A stretch of 64,000 nt of DNA from Enterobacteria phage vB_EcoM_IME340, in sequence record MH051916. One strand, 5' to 3'. Below the pieces are notes generated by a model. That model made no database searches, was not told the origin of the DNA, and saw nothing but the letters and a program-made list of their open reading frames with translations. The stretch's first letter is position 1. Every line of letters begins with the position of its first letter. Of this stretch, positions 17,897-29,865 are shown one piece after another. A program made the translations under genes and the position numbers.

Positions 17897-19701
17897 TATG
17901 CAATCCTTATCCAACGGTATACAGTAATAGACGGTTGAATATTACTAATATTAGCAGGAGGAGTATGTGAAGAGTTTGTTGTTGCGTAGTCTTCACGATA
18001 TTTTGTATATATAGGACCAGTTTCATCTGGGTCATATTGGCAACCTCCAATAATAACTGATCCGTTTTCGTCTTCAATTAAAACTCTTTCGTCGGTTTTA
18101 GTTGCAGGAAGATTTGCGTTTTCAAGTGTCACCGTTGTTGTTCCAACTGTTCCACCGGCAGTATGTGAAGGATTTCCGCTAGAATCTAAATCATTATTGT
18201 TTAAAGCAAAGTTTGGATCCGTAACATCATCATTCCATCCTACTAAAACTTGTCCTTTACCAAATAATTTCCATGAACCAAATCCCATATAAGTCACCGG
18301 ATTATTTGGATTTATAGCATTTTCATAAATTGAACCAACAGGATAAATGCTGTCGAAAATAGATGATATTGAATTATACATTCTAGTATAAGAATCAACT
18401 TTTTCAACATTTGGCCAACCGATTTTATCAAAATCTGTTAAGGCTACATCACCAGTAACTTCGGTAGATGATCCTTTGCTAACATAACGGTCATCCGTTA
18501 ATTCAATAATGTCATCTTTTTCTAAAAGAGTTCCTAAATCATTATTGAACCACGTTATAACGATTATATCACCTGATTCAAATTTTCTATCAAATAAAAG
18601 ACTGGTAGGTTTTCCATCTTCATATTCTATAGAATAATCTGTGTTTGATTCTTTCCATTCACCACCAAGAGATATACAACCTTCTCGCGTATCTGAACTA
18701 GCGCCTTCACACAAAAACAGAGGATATCCAGCGGTTCCAGCCTGCTGCTGTAAAATTCCATTAAAACGAACCTCAAGAGAATTAGGATTAATGGGTTCAC
18801 CAGGAATTAATCCAAATGCAGAAAATGGAATTGATTTCATCGCCGATAAATCAGTAACATAAATGCTTCCTTCTAAAGAAGTCTTTGATGTTAGTTTTGA
18901 ATCTAGTACTTTTATTTGGCGTCTTGTATATGAACTTCTCCATTGTGATACACCATCCATAAATGTTTCAATTTGAACGGTGTCACCAATATTACAAGGC
19001 TGTCTTAATCGAATATTAAATCCATCAAGAGGAACTAATTCGCCTTCATTTTCGCCCGGAGAGCCAAAGTCACTATTTTCGCTAAATACATCACCGTAAT
19101 ACAATTCGTTACCACGATGTTTTACTCTGATGTTATTGACATTATAACTAGTTCCATTGAAAACATCTAAAAAGTCAGTTTGTCCTTGAACTTCAACTAA
19201 AAATTCTTTGCGAGCTACATTACTAATATCTGAACTAACAATTTTGTCAATTTGTTTGTTTTTGACATATTCCCAACGTCCTGGAGCGCAATAAACGAGC
19301 TCTAAATCACTAAATTGAATATTAATTTCAACTGATGATGACGACCCTTTAATTGTATCTCCGGAAGCAGCTACTAGTGTAACTGGATTGACGTTCCATG
19401 TAGCAAATACGTCTCTAGCTCTAATTACCTTGTTGTAATCATTAACAGTTCCTTTAGGAAGTTGTAGAGTTACTCTTCCAGACGAAGTATTAATGGCATA
19501 TGATTTTCCCCATTCTGCCGTTAGTGTTTGTCCAGATGAAGCATCATAAGTTTTCCAGGCACCGGCTGAATATGGAACATCTCCATCACCAAGTTCATAA
19601 TAAAGTTCATCAAAGTTTTCATTTATTTTTATACCACCTTTACGCAGGTAGTCACCGGTACCATCATCAACAACATTACCGATATTAATATTTTGTTTCA
19701 T
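17896..19701 (-). CDS. 10: Baseplate wedge protein gp10
   Basis: 601 aa; synteny. Confidence 0.88.
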   Translation of the reverse strand: MKQNINIGNVVDDGTGDYLRKGGIKINENFDELYYELGDGDVPYSAGAWKTYDASSGQTLTAEWGKSYAINTSSGRVTLQLPKGTVNDYNKVIRARDVFATWNVNPVTLVAASGDTIKGSSSSVEINIQFSDLELVYCAPGRWEYVKNKQIDKIVSSDISNVARKEFLVEVQGQTDFLDVFNGTSYNVNNIRVKHRGNELYYGDVFSENSDFGSPGENEGELVPLDGFNIRLRQPCNIGDTVQIETFMDGVSQWRSSYTRRQIKVLDSKLTSKTSLEGSIYVTDLSAMKSIPFSAFGLIPGEPINPNSLEVRFNGILQQQAGTAGYPLFLCEGASSDTREGCISLGGEWKESNTDYSIEYEDGKPTSLLFDRKFESGDIIVITWFNNDLGTLLEKDDIIELTDDRYVSKGSSTEVTGDVALTDFDKIGWPNVEKVDSYTRMYNSISSIFDSIYPVGSIYENAINPNNPVTYMGFGSWKLFGKGQVLVGWNDDVTDPNFALNNNDLDSSGNPSHTAGGTVGTTTVTLENANLPATKTDERVLIEDENGSVIIGGCQYDPDETGPIYTKYREDYATTNSSHTPPANISNIQPSITVYRWIRIA

Positions 19702-20567
19702 TATTGAGCCACCCCGATTTTCTGCGTAGCGATAACTTTAACTGCTGCTCTCATACCGACAGTTGAAGAACTTATAGTCGCCGTTACATAATTTTCTTTA
19801 ATACTAAATGCAATATTAGCGATTTCGTCTTCTTCGGTTTCATTCCCAACTCGCATGACAGCATATTCAGAAGAAATGACCGCTGAATTAACAGTATCTA
19901 CAAGAATATTTATTTCTGCCGTTTTAATTTTTCTTCCATCTACTGATTGGCATGTAACTAACAATTTAGCCATGTTATATTCAGTACGATGAAATAATGG
20001 AATGTCAACTGACCCAGATGTAGAAATATTCCATGTACCTTCGGCAGGTGATTCCTTTTGGCCAAACATACTTTCAATAGAATAATTCCAAACTGACGTA
20101 GAATTATCAGATGAAATACAACGTAAAGTAACTTTACTATATGGGCTAGTTACTACCAAATTACCCGAAACACCTTTAATTGAATCAATGGCTTGAATTG
20201 TTAAAGGATTAGTAACTGATATCGATCCGTTAGAATTAATGAATTCAACACAGTCACCGAGTTCTCCTCTTTCAATGATAACTTTAACACCAACAGTAGA
20301 GGTATCAATATCATGTCTAGTACCAACTTTCACCGGAGTTGCGTACTCTGTGATAGAATGCTTTTGATAATATCCAGTAGCATGGATAATTTGGCCGTCA
20401 GCGCCAGTACCATTTGCTACTGCCATTTTACGCTGATCGCCAAACGCGTTATAAATTGCATTAAAATCACTATTAATTTTATTACCACCGTCGAATAAGA
20501 TATCACCAGTAGAAGCGTTACCAATTTCGCCGGTATCAATCAATTTCTTTGGTTCTTGAATGAACAT
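19701..20567 (-). CDS. 9: Baseplate wedge protein gp9 (long tail fiber socket)
   Basis: 288 aa, same length as T4 gp9. Confidence 0.88.
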   Translation of the reverse strand: MFIQEPKKLIDTGEIGNASTGDILFDGGNKINSDFNAIYNAFGDQRKMAVANGTGADGQIIHATGYYQKHSITEYATPVKVGTRHDIDTSTVGVKVIIERGELGDCVEFINSNGSISVTNPLTIQAIDSIKGVSGNLVVTSPYSKVTLRCISSDNSTSVWNYSIESMFGQKESPAEGTWNISTSGSVDIPLFHRTEYNMAKLLVTCQSVDGRKIKTAEINILVDTVNSAVISSEYAVMRVGNETEEDEIANIAFSIKENYVTATISSSTVGMRAAVKVIATQKIGVAQ

Positions 20568-20591
20568 AGCGGTTTCCTTATGAGTTTATAG

Positions 20592-20599
20592 TATTTATA
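20592..20599 (-). promoter_or_regulatory. T4 late promoter TATAAATA (gene 9)
   Basis: TATAAATA on minus strand 25 nt upstream of gp9 ATG. Confidence 0.55.
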
Positions 20600-20600
20600 A

Positions 20601-20625
20601 AGAAAAAGGGAGCCCATGGGCTCCC
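20601..20625 (-). terminator. Hairpin terminator after gene 8
   Basis: gggagccc-atg-gggctccc inverted repeat with T-run on minus strand. Confidence 0.6.
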
Positions 20626-20630
20626 TTAAT

Positions 20631-21635
20631 TTAAAATGTAAACAGAATATTGATTTCTTCTGTTTGATCCATTGCCATAATAATAGGTGGCCTATTTTCC
20701 ATATAAATCATTTCGCCCGAATGCCTCATTAAATCTTCCGGATCATAGTAATCCTTTTCAGCTTTAACGTTTGGGTCATTTGGATGAACTTTAGCTTCAA
20801 GAGGATTCGTGATTATCGATATTTGTCTAAATCCTTTATTTCCTGGCAATGCAGCTTCAGGAAAATAAACTGAATCTAAGTATGCTTTAAAACGAATAGT
20901 ATTTGCCTTAACCCGGTAAATTAATCCAAAATCATCTTGCTGCCAAGTGAGGTTATCTTCATACCCCCATCTAGTCGGGTCTTCTTTTAATTCCTCGGGC
21001 CAAGGAACCACGATATATTCATTCGTGCATCTGTTTATAGATACATCAGGCGGAATCTCAAAAAGATATTCCCATACATACCCGTCTCCAGGTTCGATTG
21101 TTCCTTCCGCGTCTCCTCGACCTTCAGGAGGAGTCATTGACCTAACAGAAGGAGTCCATTTTCCACCTAGCTTAAGGCATTCATCCTTATTAGTTAAAGA
21201 CTCAATTGAGCACATTCCAGTATCAGGAACATCTAAACAACGATATACTAACCAGCCTGCGCCTGATTCGGTAGCGTTGTAAGGAGCTGAGTTACACACT
21301 ACAATATCGTTAATTCTAAATGTGTATGGATCCGGATATCTAGTATCTCCCCAATCTCGACGAGGAATAACTGCATCAAGCATAGATGGAAGAACCTTCA
21401 CGGTTCCCATCATATGAGTCCACATGTCAGTTACACCTAACACAGAATCGGTGGGATAAGGTGGGGCAAATCCCACCTCATTTTCGTTTGATGACCACGG
21501 TTCTGATCTTCCAAATGTAATAAAGATAGTGTTTTTATCCGGACCACTTCCAATTGAATTATAAAAATTCAACATTTTTTCTGTTCTAAATTTTGAAGTA
21601 ACTATCGCACGATAGATAACACTTGAATCATTCAT
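20631..21635 (-). CDS. 8: Baseplate wedge protein gp8
   Basis: 334 aa, same length as T4 gp8. Confidence 0.88.
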   Translation of the reverse strand: MNDSSVIYRAIVTSKFRTEKMLNFYNSIGSGPDKNTIFITFGRSEPWSSNENEVGFAPPYPTDSVLGVTDMWTHMMGTVKVLPSMLDAVIPRRDWGDTRYPDPYTFRINDIVVCNSAPYNATESGAGWLVYRCLDVPDTGMCSIESLTNKDECLKLGGKWTPSVRSMTPPEGRGDAEGTIEPGDGYVWEYLFEIPPDVSINRCTNEYIVVPWPEELKEDPTRWGYEDNLTWQQDDFGLIYRVKANTIRFKAYLDSVYFPEAALPGNKGFRQISIITNPLEAKVHPNDPNVKAEKDYYDPEDLMRHSGEMIYMENRPPIIMAMDQTEEINILFTF

Positions 21636-24600
21636 CTATTTTAACCTGTGTTGGATTTTCAGGGTCTCTTGGATTTCCTATATTATCTTTTAGACGTTTA
21701 TTAACTAAATCCCTAAATTGCGCAAATGTTGTTCCAGATGCATCAAATAGAGGACTCATTAATTTACGTCGTTCAGATGGCAATTGACCTTGAAATATTG
21801 AATTATTATTTTCAGCATTATAGTCATCAGGAAGAGGATATTCTACACCAGCCATTGGGCCAGGTTCATAAATTGCTTCGCCTGTTACTGAGTCATGCTC
21901 AATTTCACCGGTTGGAGTTAATTTAGCTACTCTATCAGCATATTCAGTAGGCAATCCAGAATCCCATTTATAGTTTTTGTATTTATTAATTATAGTCTCT
22001 GTATGTTTAAGAGTTAAACCGACATTAATAAACATTGTTAAAAGGGTAATTGCTATAAATCCAAATCCTACTGGATGAACAAAACGAATAACGTCAGATT
22101 TCCAGCGGGAAGAAGGTAAATTGGATTTAATTTTCATTACATAATATGATCTACTTCTATTAATATAGTCTATATTATTTTGAAGCAAATCCTTTCCTTT
22201 AACCCCGCGAATAATTTCGCCTTCGAAACTAGGGAGTCTTTCTGCTTTAACTTCTTGACCGGCAATTAATCTTCCCAAAAGATTATGAATAGTTACGGTC
22301 CATTGCAATTTGCCATTGGAATAGCTTCTTTCTATATAAGTAACATTACATCTTCCTGTAGCAGTATAAATCGTTTGTCCTACTAAATCTTCAGTCAAAG
22401 AATCAGATTGAACGATTATATCATATTCAGTACCAGCCCCAGATTCAATTTCAATTTCAACTTCTTCATTATAAAGAACTTTAAAAAGAAATTTGTATGA
22501 TGCTTCAATTCCTTTAGTAGAATAAAAATCATAGCTACGTGATTCAAAAAATCTTGCAACAGCATCACGTTTGTCAGCATTTAAATAAATGTTTCTTTTA
22601 TATATCTCTGACCACAAATATTCCCACGCATGCTCTTCTCGCGGATATTGGTTACGAATTAAATTTCGTAAATTATTATACTGAGTTCCATATCCATCAG
22701 AAAGATACTGAATATATGCTTCGCAGAATGCCTCAAAATTAGAATCCTGTAGCAAATAAGAATCAGGCATCATTGTGCCAATCAATGGTCTTAAATCAGG
22801 ATCAGCTAATCCATGCTCTTCTTCCGGGGACCAAGGAGTTTCATGCTCTTGGTTTTGTAAAAATGCTTTTAAAAATATTCCAGTTGGCTTCCAAATTATT
22901 TCAACCGTGTCTCTCACTCGATAGTTAAAATCATAGTAAGAAATTATTTCACCAGAAGATTTATAAAAAAGCATCCCAGACGCATATTTTTTAAATCCCG
23001 TGAATTTAACATTTGGCATTACTATCGTGCAATCACCATCATCCCAATATTCATGAACTAATCTATCTGGCGATGTTTCCGGAATATTTTCTATAACTTT
23101 AGTGTATTTTAAATCAGCATAAACTACTACAGCTCTATCAGAGTTGTTTATCCAACAGCGTGTGTTAGATTTTTTAGACCAGTTAAAGAATGGTTCTGCG
23201 TAGTATTTCATCGGCTGAGGTGTAAAAGTTTCCCAATCAGATTTTTCATCTGCTATAAATGCCATCATATGATAATGCTTATCAGCTAGCCATTCACGAG
23301 GAAATTCATATTTAACAGCACCGATTAACTGATACTTCACCACAGTTTCAGGGTCATTAACAACGTTATCGCTTAAAAATTTAAAATTACTAGAAGATAA
23401 AGAAACTAATTTACCGTCAGTTGACATATTCGCATACCCTGGTTGAATACGTCTTCTTTCTTCTTCAGTGTTGCCAAAAACTCTTTTCCACGTTTTTGTG
23501 TCATGATTTAAAACATATATTCCTTTATCAACAGAATCAATTATTTTTGATGTTCTAGGATTAGCATTTAATGTTTCAACTTCACCAATAATAAGAGCAA
23601 AAACTTTATCACCAATAGAATCCATTTTATAACATACTGCTTTAGGATTTCCAGTTATAGTCATCGTATCAGGTTCAAATAGCCTTTCCGAATACGTTGG
23701 AGATAATGGATCAGAATCTATAGGTGCATTACTCGTTTTTATGTATCTAACTTTGTCTCTGGCGACAACGTAAATGTAATCATCGGTGCAAGTAATAGCT
23801 TCTGCAATGCGATATACATTAGCTGGTAAAGTCGCGTAAGTGGCAAAAATTTCTACATCAAATCCTAGATGTAATTGGTCGCCAAGTTTAGCGAATGTTA
23901 TATCCTGCGAACTAAATCTGACATCATCAGCTGACCATCTAACATCAGTAGATTTGCGGCCGTAGAAAATCTTGTCGTATCCTAGAACGTATGTTGTGTT
24001 TGCAGATTGGTAATATACTGTCTTAGATAAAGGATATCCTACACGGTCATTGAAGAGCTTTACAGCTTTCCAAGTTTGTCCTTTATCATTGGATACTTTA
24101 ACTACAGGTTGATAACGCTCAAAAAGGTATAGAATCCCTTCTGATTCCATCAAATAAACTCGGTTAATATCCTTACATACTTGCTGAATAGAACCCTGTA
24201 TTTCATGATACTCATTTTCACCAATAATAAAATTACTTATTGATGAAACATCAACATATGATGGGCTAAATTGAAACGATTCATTCATCAATGCAGCCAT
24301 TATAGTGTCATTGTTAAAATTGACATAGTCAGAATTATTAAGAGTAAATTTTTCCTGAATGAATTTATTAGCTAATTGCATTTCAATCATGTTTTGAAAT
24401 GTATAAGCATTTGTAGCAAAAGTTTCAAACTCTTCAGTATAAATCCAATCAGACTGCTCAAAATCCTGCGCAGCTGTAGCTACTCTAATAATGTACGATG
24501 TCAATGGGTCGGCATCATCAAAAAAGAAGCTGTTATTTGCAGTATATCCTAAGTTAACCCATCTGTATTGATTACTCGGGAGATTTTCCCCCGAGTCTGT

Positions 24601-24726
24601 TTTTGTCTCAGCGATTTCTACAAAATAGTAGAAATTAGCACCAACGTCATCCCAGCGTACTTGCACCTGATTTGCGGATAACTTGGAAATTCTGAGACTA
24701 GTGACTGAAGGTGCTTTTACTGTCAT
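21628..24726 (-). CDS. 7: Baseplate wedge protein gp7
   Basis: 1032 aa, same length as T4 gp7. Confidence 0.9.
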   Translation of the reverse strand: MTVKAPSVTSLRISKLSANQVQVRWDDVGANFYYFVEIAETKTDSGENLPSNQYRWVNLGYTANNSFFFDDADPLTSYIIRVATAAQDFEQSDWIYTEEFETFATNAYTFQNMIEMQLANKFIQEKFTLNNSDYVNFNNDTIMAALMNESFQFSPSYVDVSSISNFIIGENEYHEIQGSIQQVCKDINRVYLMESEGILYLFERYQPVVKVSNDKGQTWKAVKLFNDRVGYPLSKTVYYQSANTTYVLGYDKIFYGRKSTDVRWSADDVRFSSQDITFAKLGDQLHLGFDVEIFATYATLPANVYRIAEAITCTDDYIYVVARDKVRYIKTSNAPIDSDPLSPTYSERLFEPDTMTITGNPKAVCYKMDSIGDKVFALIIGEVETLNANPRTSKIIDSVDKGIYVLNHDTKTWKRVFGNTEEERRRIQPGYANMSTDGKLVSLSSSNFKFLSDNVVNDPETVVKYQLIGAVKYEFPREWLADKHYHMMAFIADEKSDWETFTPQPMKYYAEPFFNWSKKSNTRCWINNSDRAVVVYADLKYTKVIENIPETSPDRLVHEYWDDGDCTIVMPNVKFTGFKKYASGMLFYKSSGEIISYYDFNYRVRDTVEIIWKPTGIFLKAFLQNQEHETPWSPEEEHGLADPDLRPLIGTMMPDSYLLQDSNFEAFCEAYIQYLSDGYGTQYNNLRNLIRNQYPREEHAWEYLWSEIYKRNIYLNADKRDAVARFFESRSYDFYSTKGIEASYKFLFKVLYNEEVEIEIESGAGTEYDIIVQSDSLTEDLVGQTIYTATGRCNVTYIERSYSNGKLQWTVTIHNLLGRLIAGQEVKAERLPSFEGEIIRGVKGKDLLQNNIDYINRSRSYYVMKIKSNLPSSRWKSDVIRFVHPVGFGFIAITLLTMFINVGLTLKHTETIINKYKNYKWDSGLPTEYADRVAKLTPTGEIEHDSVTGEAIYEPGPMAGVEYPLPDDYNAENNNSIFQGQLPSERRKLMSPLFDASGTTFAQFRDLVNKRLKDNIGNPRDPENPTQVKIDE

Positions 24727-26705
24727 TGTGATATAGGCTCCAAATCGATAGTTAAGTATTGTGGACGTAAATCATTTTCAAATACGATCAGTGAACCATC
24801 GCGTGTGAAAATAACATCGTCTATTGGATCAGAATATAGCTCAATAGTCTGAACCTCAAATTTATCGGATGTTAAATTAATTTTAGCGATATTCCAATAA
24901 ATCATGTCAGCTGGATAATTTATTTCACCGATAACATAGTATTTGTCACGTCCATCGGAACTTGCTAATTTATTAAAATCATTGCCTGTATATGGCTGAA
25001 TGTTTTCATTTTCTGTAACATCACCCGAAGCAAATGGACCAATAATAACTTTACCAATTCCTTTAGAATCTCGGTCTGTTGATACTATACGAACGTCATA
25101 TAATACATCTTCTTCTAAGCCAGTATCAGGATTTACAACCTTTCGTCCGGAATTAAATGAAAACGTATTAGATTCCATAGAACGATCTTTTATTTGATTA
25201 TTGTATTTAATACCCGCTTCAGGCGTTTTATAGAAGTTTTGTACTTCACGTACCATCTGAATTGTCGCCGATGAGCCAATAATAGAATGATCTGCATCAT
25301 CTACATATGTCAACATCTTAGATTTAGCGAAAGATGAATTAAAAATTTCTACGTCTTCGGTATAATAACGATCAATTTTATCAATTATTTGACCTTCTAG
25401 CCACTGTTCTGATTCTTGCAGCTTATTTAAAGCATATGTGACTTTTAAATTAGTCTTAACAAAAAGATAATTAGGAGAAATAATTGATGGTGTAATAGGA
25501 GCTAAATTATAATCTTTGAGATAATTTTTAATATCTTCACGTTGTACAGTAGTTAAATATAGTCCTGATTTAGGTTTAGCAGCAATAAATGCATAACCAG
25601 GCTTAGTAGAATCAGTGAAAGTCTGAACCGCTTGAATAATAGAACCGAATCTTTCTGAGACGAATGTATCATAGTCAGTCGCAGTTACGCAGCGTTGCTG
25701 GGTTTCGCGTTTAATAGTACCCAATTCGCGAATACGTTCAATATCTTCTGGGTCACCGCCGCCATCTGCCCCAACAAAATCTGGGTCATCGTTTGGGTTT
25801 TCGTTAATATTGATGACAGTTATATTTGTTAATGTATCTGCGTATGAAAATCCGACTGCACCATTCGCATCTGCACCGTTAGTACTGATGTACTCAATAA
25901 CAATCGTAGAGTTCTGGGTAGGTTTAAGACCTCCAATATAATTAGCAGTCAATGCTCCTTCTGCCGCATTAACAGAAATCTCGCCTTCACCAAAATAAAA
26001 CTCAGTATTTCCATCAATAGTTTCACGCATGTAGTAAATTGTTGATGTAGAACCAGCATGAACCATTGACTTTCTTGTCCAGTTAATCCATTCTGCTCCA
26101 TCAACGTATAGTTTAACTTGGTTTCTATCTATATTTTTGTCATAAATGATAATAGGTGTTAATTTATCATAAATGATTTCAGTTCTTACTATACGTCCTT
26201 GGGCCAATTTTAATCGTGGAAAATATTGGTTATTTTTATCACGAATAGCAATAACATCTTCGGTAGATACAAAGTTATAAGGATTAACAGAAGTATCCTT
26301 TGCATATGCTAAAAAGCGAGTACCGCGAGGAATAGTAATGTAATTTCTATTCAATGCATCTGTGCAAGTTAGCATAATTTCAGTTTGAGCAGCTGATTTT
26401 GAAGTAGGTAAATATCCATTATCTTGTGCCGCTTGAACTACTGAACTACGTAAGTTAGCAGTACGCATAAAGCTTTCATATACGGCAGCATTACCAAACT
26501 GCTGAATGTATAATGTATTATAAGCTAAAAGGTCACACAGAACGTTTAATCTTGAGCCTTCAAAATCATAATCCAAAAATTCATTTTGACCATTAAGCCA
26601 TTCAATGAGGTTTTGTTTTATTTCAGCAAATGTACCCCCGACGAATATCTCGGGAATAGCATTTGCTGTTCTTGTTAATTGATAATTTACAGGGGTATTT
26701 GCCAT
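24723..26705 (-). CDS. 6: Baseplate wedge protein gp6
   Basis: 660 aa, same length as T4 gp6. Confidence 0.9.
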   Translation of the reverse strand: MANTPVNYQLTRTANAIPEIFVGGTFAEIKQNLIEWLNGQNEFLDYDFEGSRLNVLCDLLAYNTLYIQQFGNAAVYESFMRTANLRSSVVQAAQDNGYLPTSKSAAQTEIMLTCTDALNRNYITIPRGTRFLAYAKDTSVNPYNFVSTEDVIAIRDKNNQYFPRLKLAQGRIVRTEIIYDKLTPIIIYDKNIDRNQVKLYVDGAEWINWTRKSMVHAGSTSTIYYMRETIDGNTEFYFGEGEISVNAAEGALTANYIGGLKPTQNSTIVIEYISTNGADANGAVGFSYADTLTNITVININENPNDDPDFVGADGGGDPEDIERIRELGTIKRETQQRCVTATDYDTFVSERFGSIIQAVQTFTDSTKPGYAFIAAKPKSGLYLTTVQREDIKNYLKDYNLAPITPSIISPNYLFVKTNLKVTYALNKLQESEQWLEGQIIDKIDRYYTEDVEIFNSSFAKSKMLTYVDDADHSIIGSSATIQMVREVQNFYKTPEAGIKYNNQIKDRSMESNTFSFNSGRKVVNPDTGLEEDVLYDVRIVSTDRDSKGIGKVIIGPFASGDVTENENIQPYTGNDFNKLASSDGRDKYYVIGEINYPADMIYWNIAKINLTSDKFEVQTIELYSDPIDDVIFTRDGSLIVFENDLRPQYLTIDLEPISQ

Positions 26706-26713
26706 TTTAAATC

Positions 26714-27007
26714 CTATTTAATGAATACTTTAGATGATGCCTGAGCCACAGTATCACCGCATGATATTGGATCAGCCATTTGAACAGCTTTCTTTCCAGT
26801 GACATATACCTTAGAAGTTCTAGGTTGTGTCACTCCGCCATGTGTTTCATATGGCTTTTTAATTTCTGTATGTTCTGTAATTGGATCACCTGCTACGAGA
26901 ACAGCAATCCCTCCAGTGAATACTTTACTTTGTGTAGCATTCACAACTGTTGGAGGCCACGCTTCATGGCCAGCAGTAACACACTTATCATAACTTAATC
27001 CTGACAT
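26714..27007 (-). CDS. 5.4: PAAR-repeat spike tip protein gp5.4
   Basis: 97 aa, position downstream of gene 5; size and position of T4 gp5.4. Confidence 0.82.
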
Positions 27008-27564
27008 TATTGCCTCTCATATACGTAGCTTCTCAATTTATTAGCCCAACGACTCCAATTTCCAACTATAGTTTTTGTGTAATTTTTAACAAGAGTTTTT
27101 CTTATTGGAGCTGGAGGATCGGTTGGTTCAGTAGTATCAGAAGATGACCTAGAATTACTGCCAGAACCTCCAGATTCACTTTGTTCTTGGTAGTCATATA
27201 TTAATGTTACTTCATAAGTGAATGTCTTCTGGAGGTTTTGAGGAGCTTTCCATAGATATAACTGAGTATTAGAATCAGTTGGAAGGTCTTCCCATGAAGC
27301 AGCAGTTTTAAATTCATCATCTAAACGATATTTCAATGCGTCATTTCCAAATCCAAACACAGATTCATACGTTCCATATAAATGATTTTCTTCTACTAAA
27401 ACCCCAGGAGTTTCTTCGTAACTAGTTATATTTATAGATACTAACGTTTCACCCGTTTCTAATTGAGCGGTAAAGGTGACGTCGATAGAAGAACCTTCCA
27501 TGGATTCTCCTAAATCAGCGCTCATTGGAAGTATATTAGCCAATGTCAATCCTCGATCCATCAA
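27007..27564 (-). CDS. 5.1: gp5.1-like protein
   Basis: 185 aa ORF between 5 and 5.4, overlapping the gene 5 3' end; synteny only. Confidence 0.65.
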
Positions 27565-29263
27565 TTGTGTATTGACCAGATGAAATAGAACTCATAGATG
27601 CCATTTTTTCTGTCCAATCACCACCAACGTCCCAATCAACTGTCCCAGCAACTTTCCAAGAAAGATTTCCATTTACTGTATTAGTCTGATTTCCTTCAAC
27701 TAAAGTGGTAGCATCCCCTTTAACTGTAATGTCAGCATTACCTTCAACTACAATAGTAACATTACCTTTAACTAGGATAGTTCCATTACCTTCAACTGTC
27801 TTAGTTTCATCGCCACGGACAAATATTGTGTTGCTTCCATCTATTTGGTGAAGACGATTATCCATGTTGTAATAAATTTCTGATCCACCGACGTTAGTCT
27901 TTTTATCGCCGGCTACCAAAAAATTACCGTCAGCATTTGTTATATCATACAAATTATCAACAGTTTTTCTCGTTCTTCTTCCTGATGGTGATACTTCCTC
28001 ATACGTTCCAGTCGGATGAACTAATCTGTATCGCTCTTGCCCAGGGGTATCATCAAATTCCTGAATATGACCGCTTTCAGTTTCCATTGTATGAACATAC
28101 GGATACTCACCTTTATATGAAGAAACAGGTTCTTTGAATAAAATTCTTGAATCATTCGGAATAGGAGGATCGGCCGGGTCAGAAGACTTTGCTACAGTAG
28201 CAGCCATTGCTGACAAAGACCTAGCTGGCGTTTTAACTTCAATACCGTATGATTCCAAATTACCTGTAAGAATAATCATGGTAACACGGGATGCACGGCC
28301 TTTTGTTTGTTGATACCACAATGAATCACGACCAGCTTTATATGCTTTTTCCCAATCTCCGGCTAACATAGCAGTTAACATTGTGTTAAATTTAGCTACA
28401 CCTCCAACACCCATCTGAAATGCCATATTTTCTAATGCCATTTGACGAGAACGATTAACTGCTTTCCAAACTGGGCCAACTTTAGAATGTGATTTAATGT
28501 CACGTTGCATATCAGCCAAATCGCGTTCAAATAAAGTTACCGCTTCTTCCATTGTAATAGAACCTGGATTTCCGGTAATTTCACGACCAACTTGTTTTGA
28601 TAAAACTTTATTAATTTGGGTCATATCACGAACTGGCTGCTTCATGATAAGATGACCAATACCAATTGTCGGATATCCTTCAGTATCCCAATAAACTTTT
28701 AGTCTTAATCCTTCATCACGGCGAAGCATTTCAGCCATTGACATATTTGGATTATCATCAGTTGGAATCTCTGATAGTGGTCTATCATCGGGATTTATCG
28801 CAGTATCTAAATTACTATCTTGGATAATATTAGAAGACGAATCATATCCTACTTCTCCGCCTTGGTTTAATACGTTAGTATCATTTCCTAGACGTCTAGG
28901 ATACTGACCAGTTGGGTCAGAAAATCCTTCAAGTCTATTAGGTTTTTCGCGAACTATTCCGCCATAAGTGCCAAGGACAATTCCGTTAGTTTTCCATTTG
29001 TCTAAAAAATGACCATATACTCTAGTTCCTTCTACTGGCCCTGTAACAGAACCTCCAATTCCAGACATTGCTGCAGAAGTTATCGGTTGAATAACTGACA
29101 TCCATGGCAATTTATCGGTTGGAATACCCATTACATCACCTTGTGCTCTTTGAGGCGGATGCAGACCAACCACACGAACACGAACACGACCTAATTTTAA
29201 TGGGTCCATTCTATCTTCAACAACACCAACAAACCAATTGAGGTTATTACTTATCATTTCCAT
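27536..29263 (-). CDS. 5: Baseplate hub/cell-puncturing protein gp5 with lysozyme domain
   Basis: 575 aa; MEMISNNLNWF N-terminus, internal T4-lysozyme-like segment (LRLKVYWDTEGYPTIGIGHL), C-terminal VEGN beta-helix repeats. Confidence 0.95.
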   Translation of the reverse strand: MEMISNNLNWFVGVVEDRMDPLKLGRVRVRVVGLHPPQRAQGDVMGIPTDKLPWMSVIQPITSAAMSGIGGSVTGPVEGTRVYGHFLDKWKTNGIVLGTYGGIVREKPNRLEGFSDPTGQYPRRLGNDTNVLNQGGEVGYDSSSNIIQDSNLDTAINPDDRPLSEIPTDDNPNMSMAEMLRRDEGLRLKVYWDTEGYPTIGIGHLIMKQPVRDMTQINKVLSKQVGREITGNPGSITMEEAVTLFERDLADMQRDIKSHSKVGPVWKAVNRSRQMALENMAFQMGVGGVAKFNTMLTAMLAGDWEKAYKAGRDSLWYQQTKGRASRVTMIILTGNLESYGIEVKTPARSLSAMAATVAKSSDPADPPIPNDSRILFKEPVSSYKGEYPYVHTMETESGHIQEFDDTPGQERYRLVHPTGTYEEVSPSGRRTRKTVDNLYDITNADGNFLVAGDKKTNVGGSEIYYNMDNRLHQIDGSNTIFVRGDETKTVEGNGTILVKGNVTIVVEGNADITVKGDATTLVEGNQTNTVNGNLSWKVAGTVDWDVGGDWTEKMASMSSISSGQYTIDGSRIDIG

Positions 29264-29837
29264 AAGATTTCTCCATTATACGTATAAGGTCGTTCATAAA
29301 TGAATTAATGTCTGATTTTGCTATTATTTTTATTTGACGAAGTTTTTCATTTTCAAGAACAGCAGCTTCATACGTATCGACCGCAGCAAGTGCTCCTTCA
29401 TATTGAGGATATTTTCTAGCTTTATCGCCTTTGTCATACCAAACATATGGATTATCATCGTATGATATTAAATTATAAAATTTTTCACCATTCTCATTCA
29501 CATGATATACTATTTGGTCTCCACCTACGTTTTTGTATTTTTGTATAGATGCTTGATAAGCAGCTTCTTGCGAAGTAATCCATCCATAATACGGGTCATA
29601 ATTATCATTACACATCAATAAAACCCAATACAACTGTGGATTTCCATATATAGTATTTGCTAATTCTTCGGGACGAGGTGAACCTTTAATATAATAAGTA
29701 CGTAAGCGGTATCCCGCAAGAGCACGTTTGAAATAGTCTTTATAGTTTCTAAAAATATCTGTCATAGGAATAGTCGGCGCGTTTTTATTCACCGTTTTGG
29801 CCGCATATTCAATTGGATCAAAAAATGTAAAGAGCAT
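29247..29837 (-). CDS. 53: Baseplate wedge protein gp53
   Basis: 196 aa, same length and position as T4 gp53. Confidence 0.88.
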   Translation of the reverse strand: MLFTFFDPIEYAAKTVNKNAPTIPMTDIFRNYKDYFKRALAGYRLRTYYIKGSPRPEELANTIYGNPQLYWVLLMCNDNYDPYYGWITSQEAAYQASIQKYKNVGGDQIVYHVNENGEKFYNLISYDDNPYVWYDKGDKARKYPQYEGALAAVDTYEAAVLENEKLRQIKIIAKSDINSFMNDLIRIMEKSYGNDK

Positions 29838-29850
29838 GGGCCCTCCTGTT

Positions 29851-29858
29851 TATAAATA
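29851..29858 (+). promoter_or_regulatory. T4 late promoter TATAAATA (gene 4)
   Basis: tataaata on plus strand 27 nt upstream of gp4 ATG. Confidence 0.55.
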
Positions 29859-29865
29859 TATTATC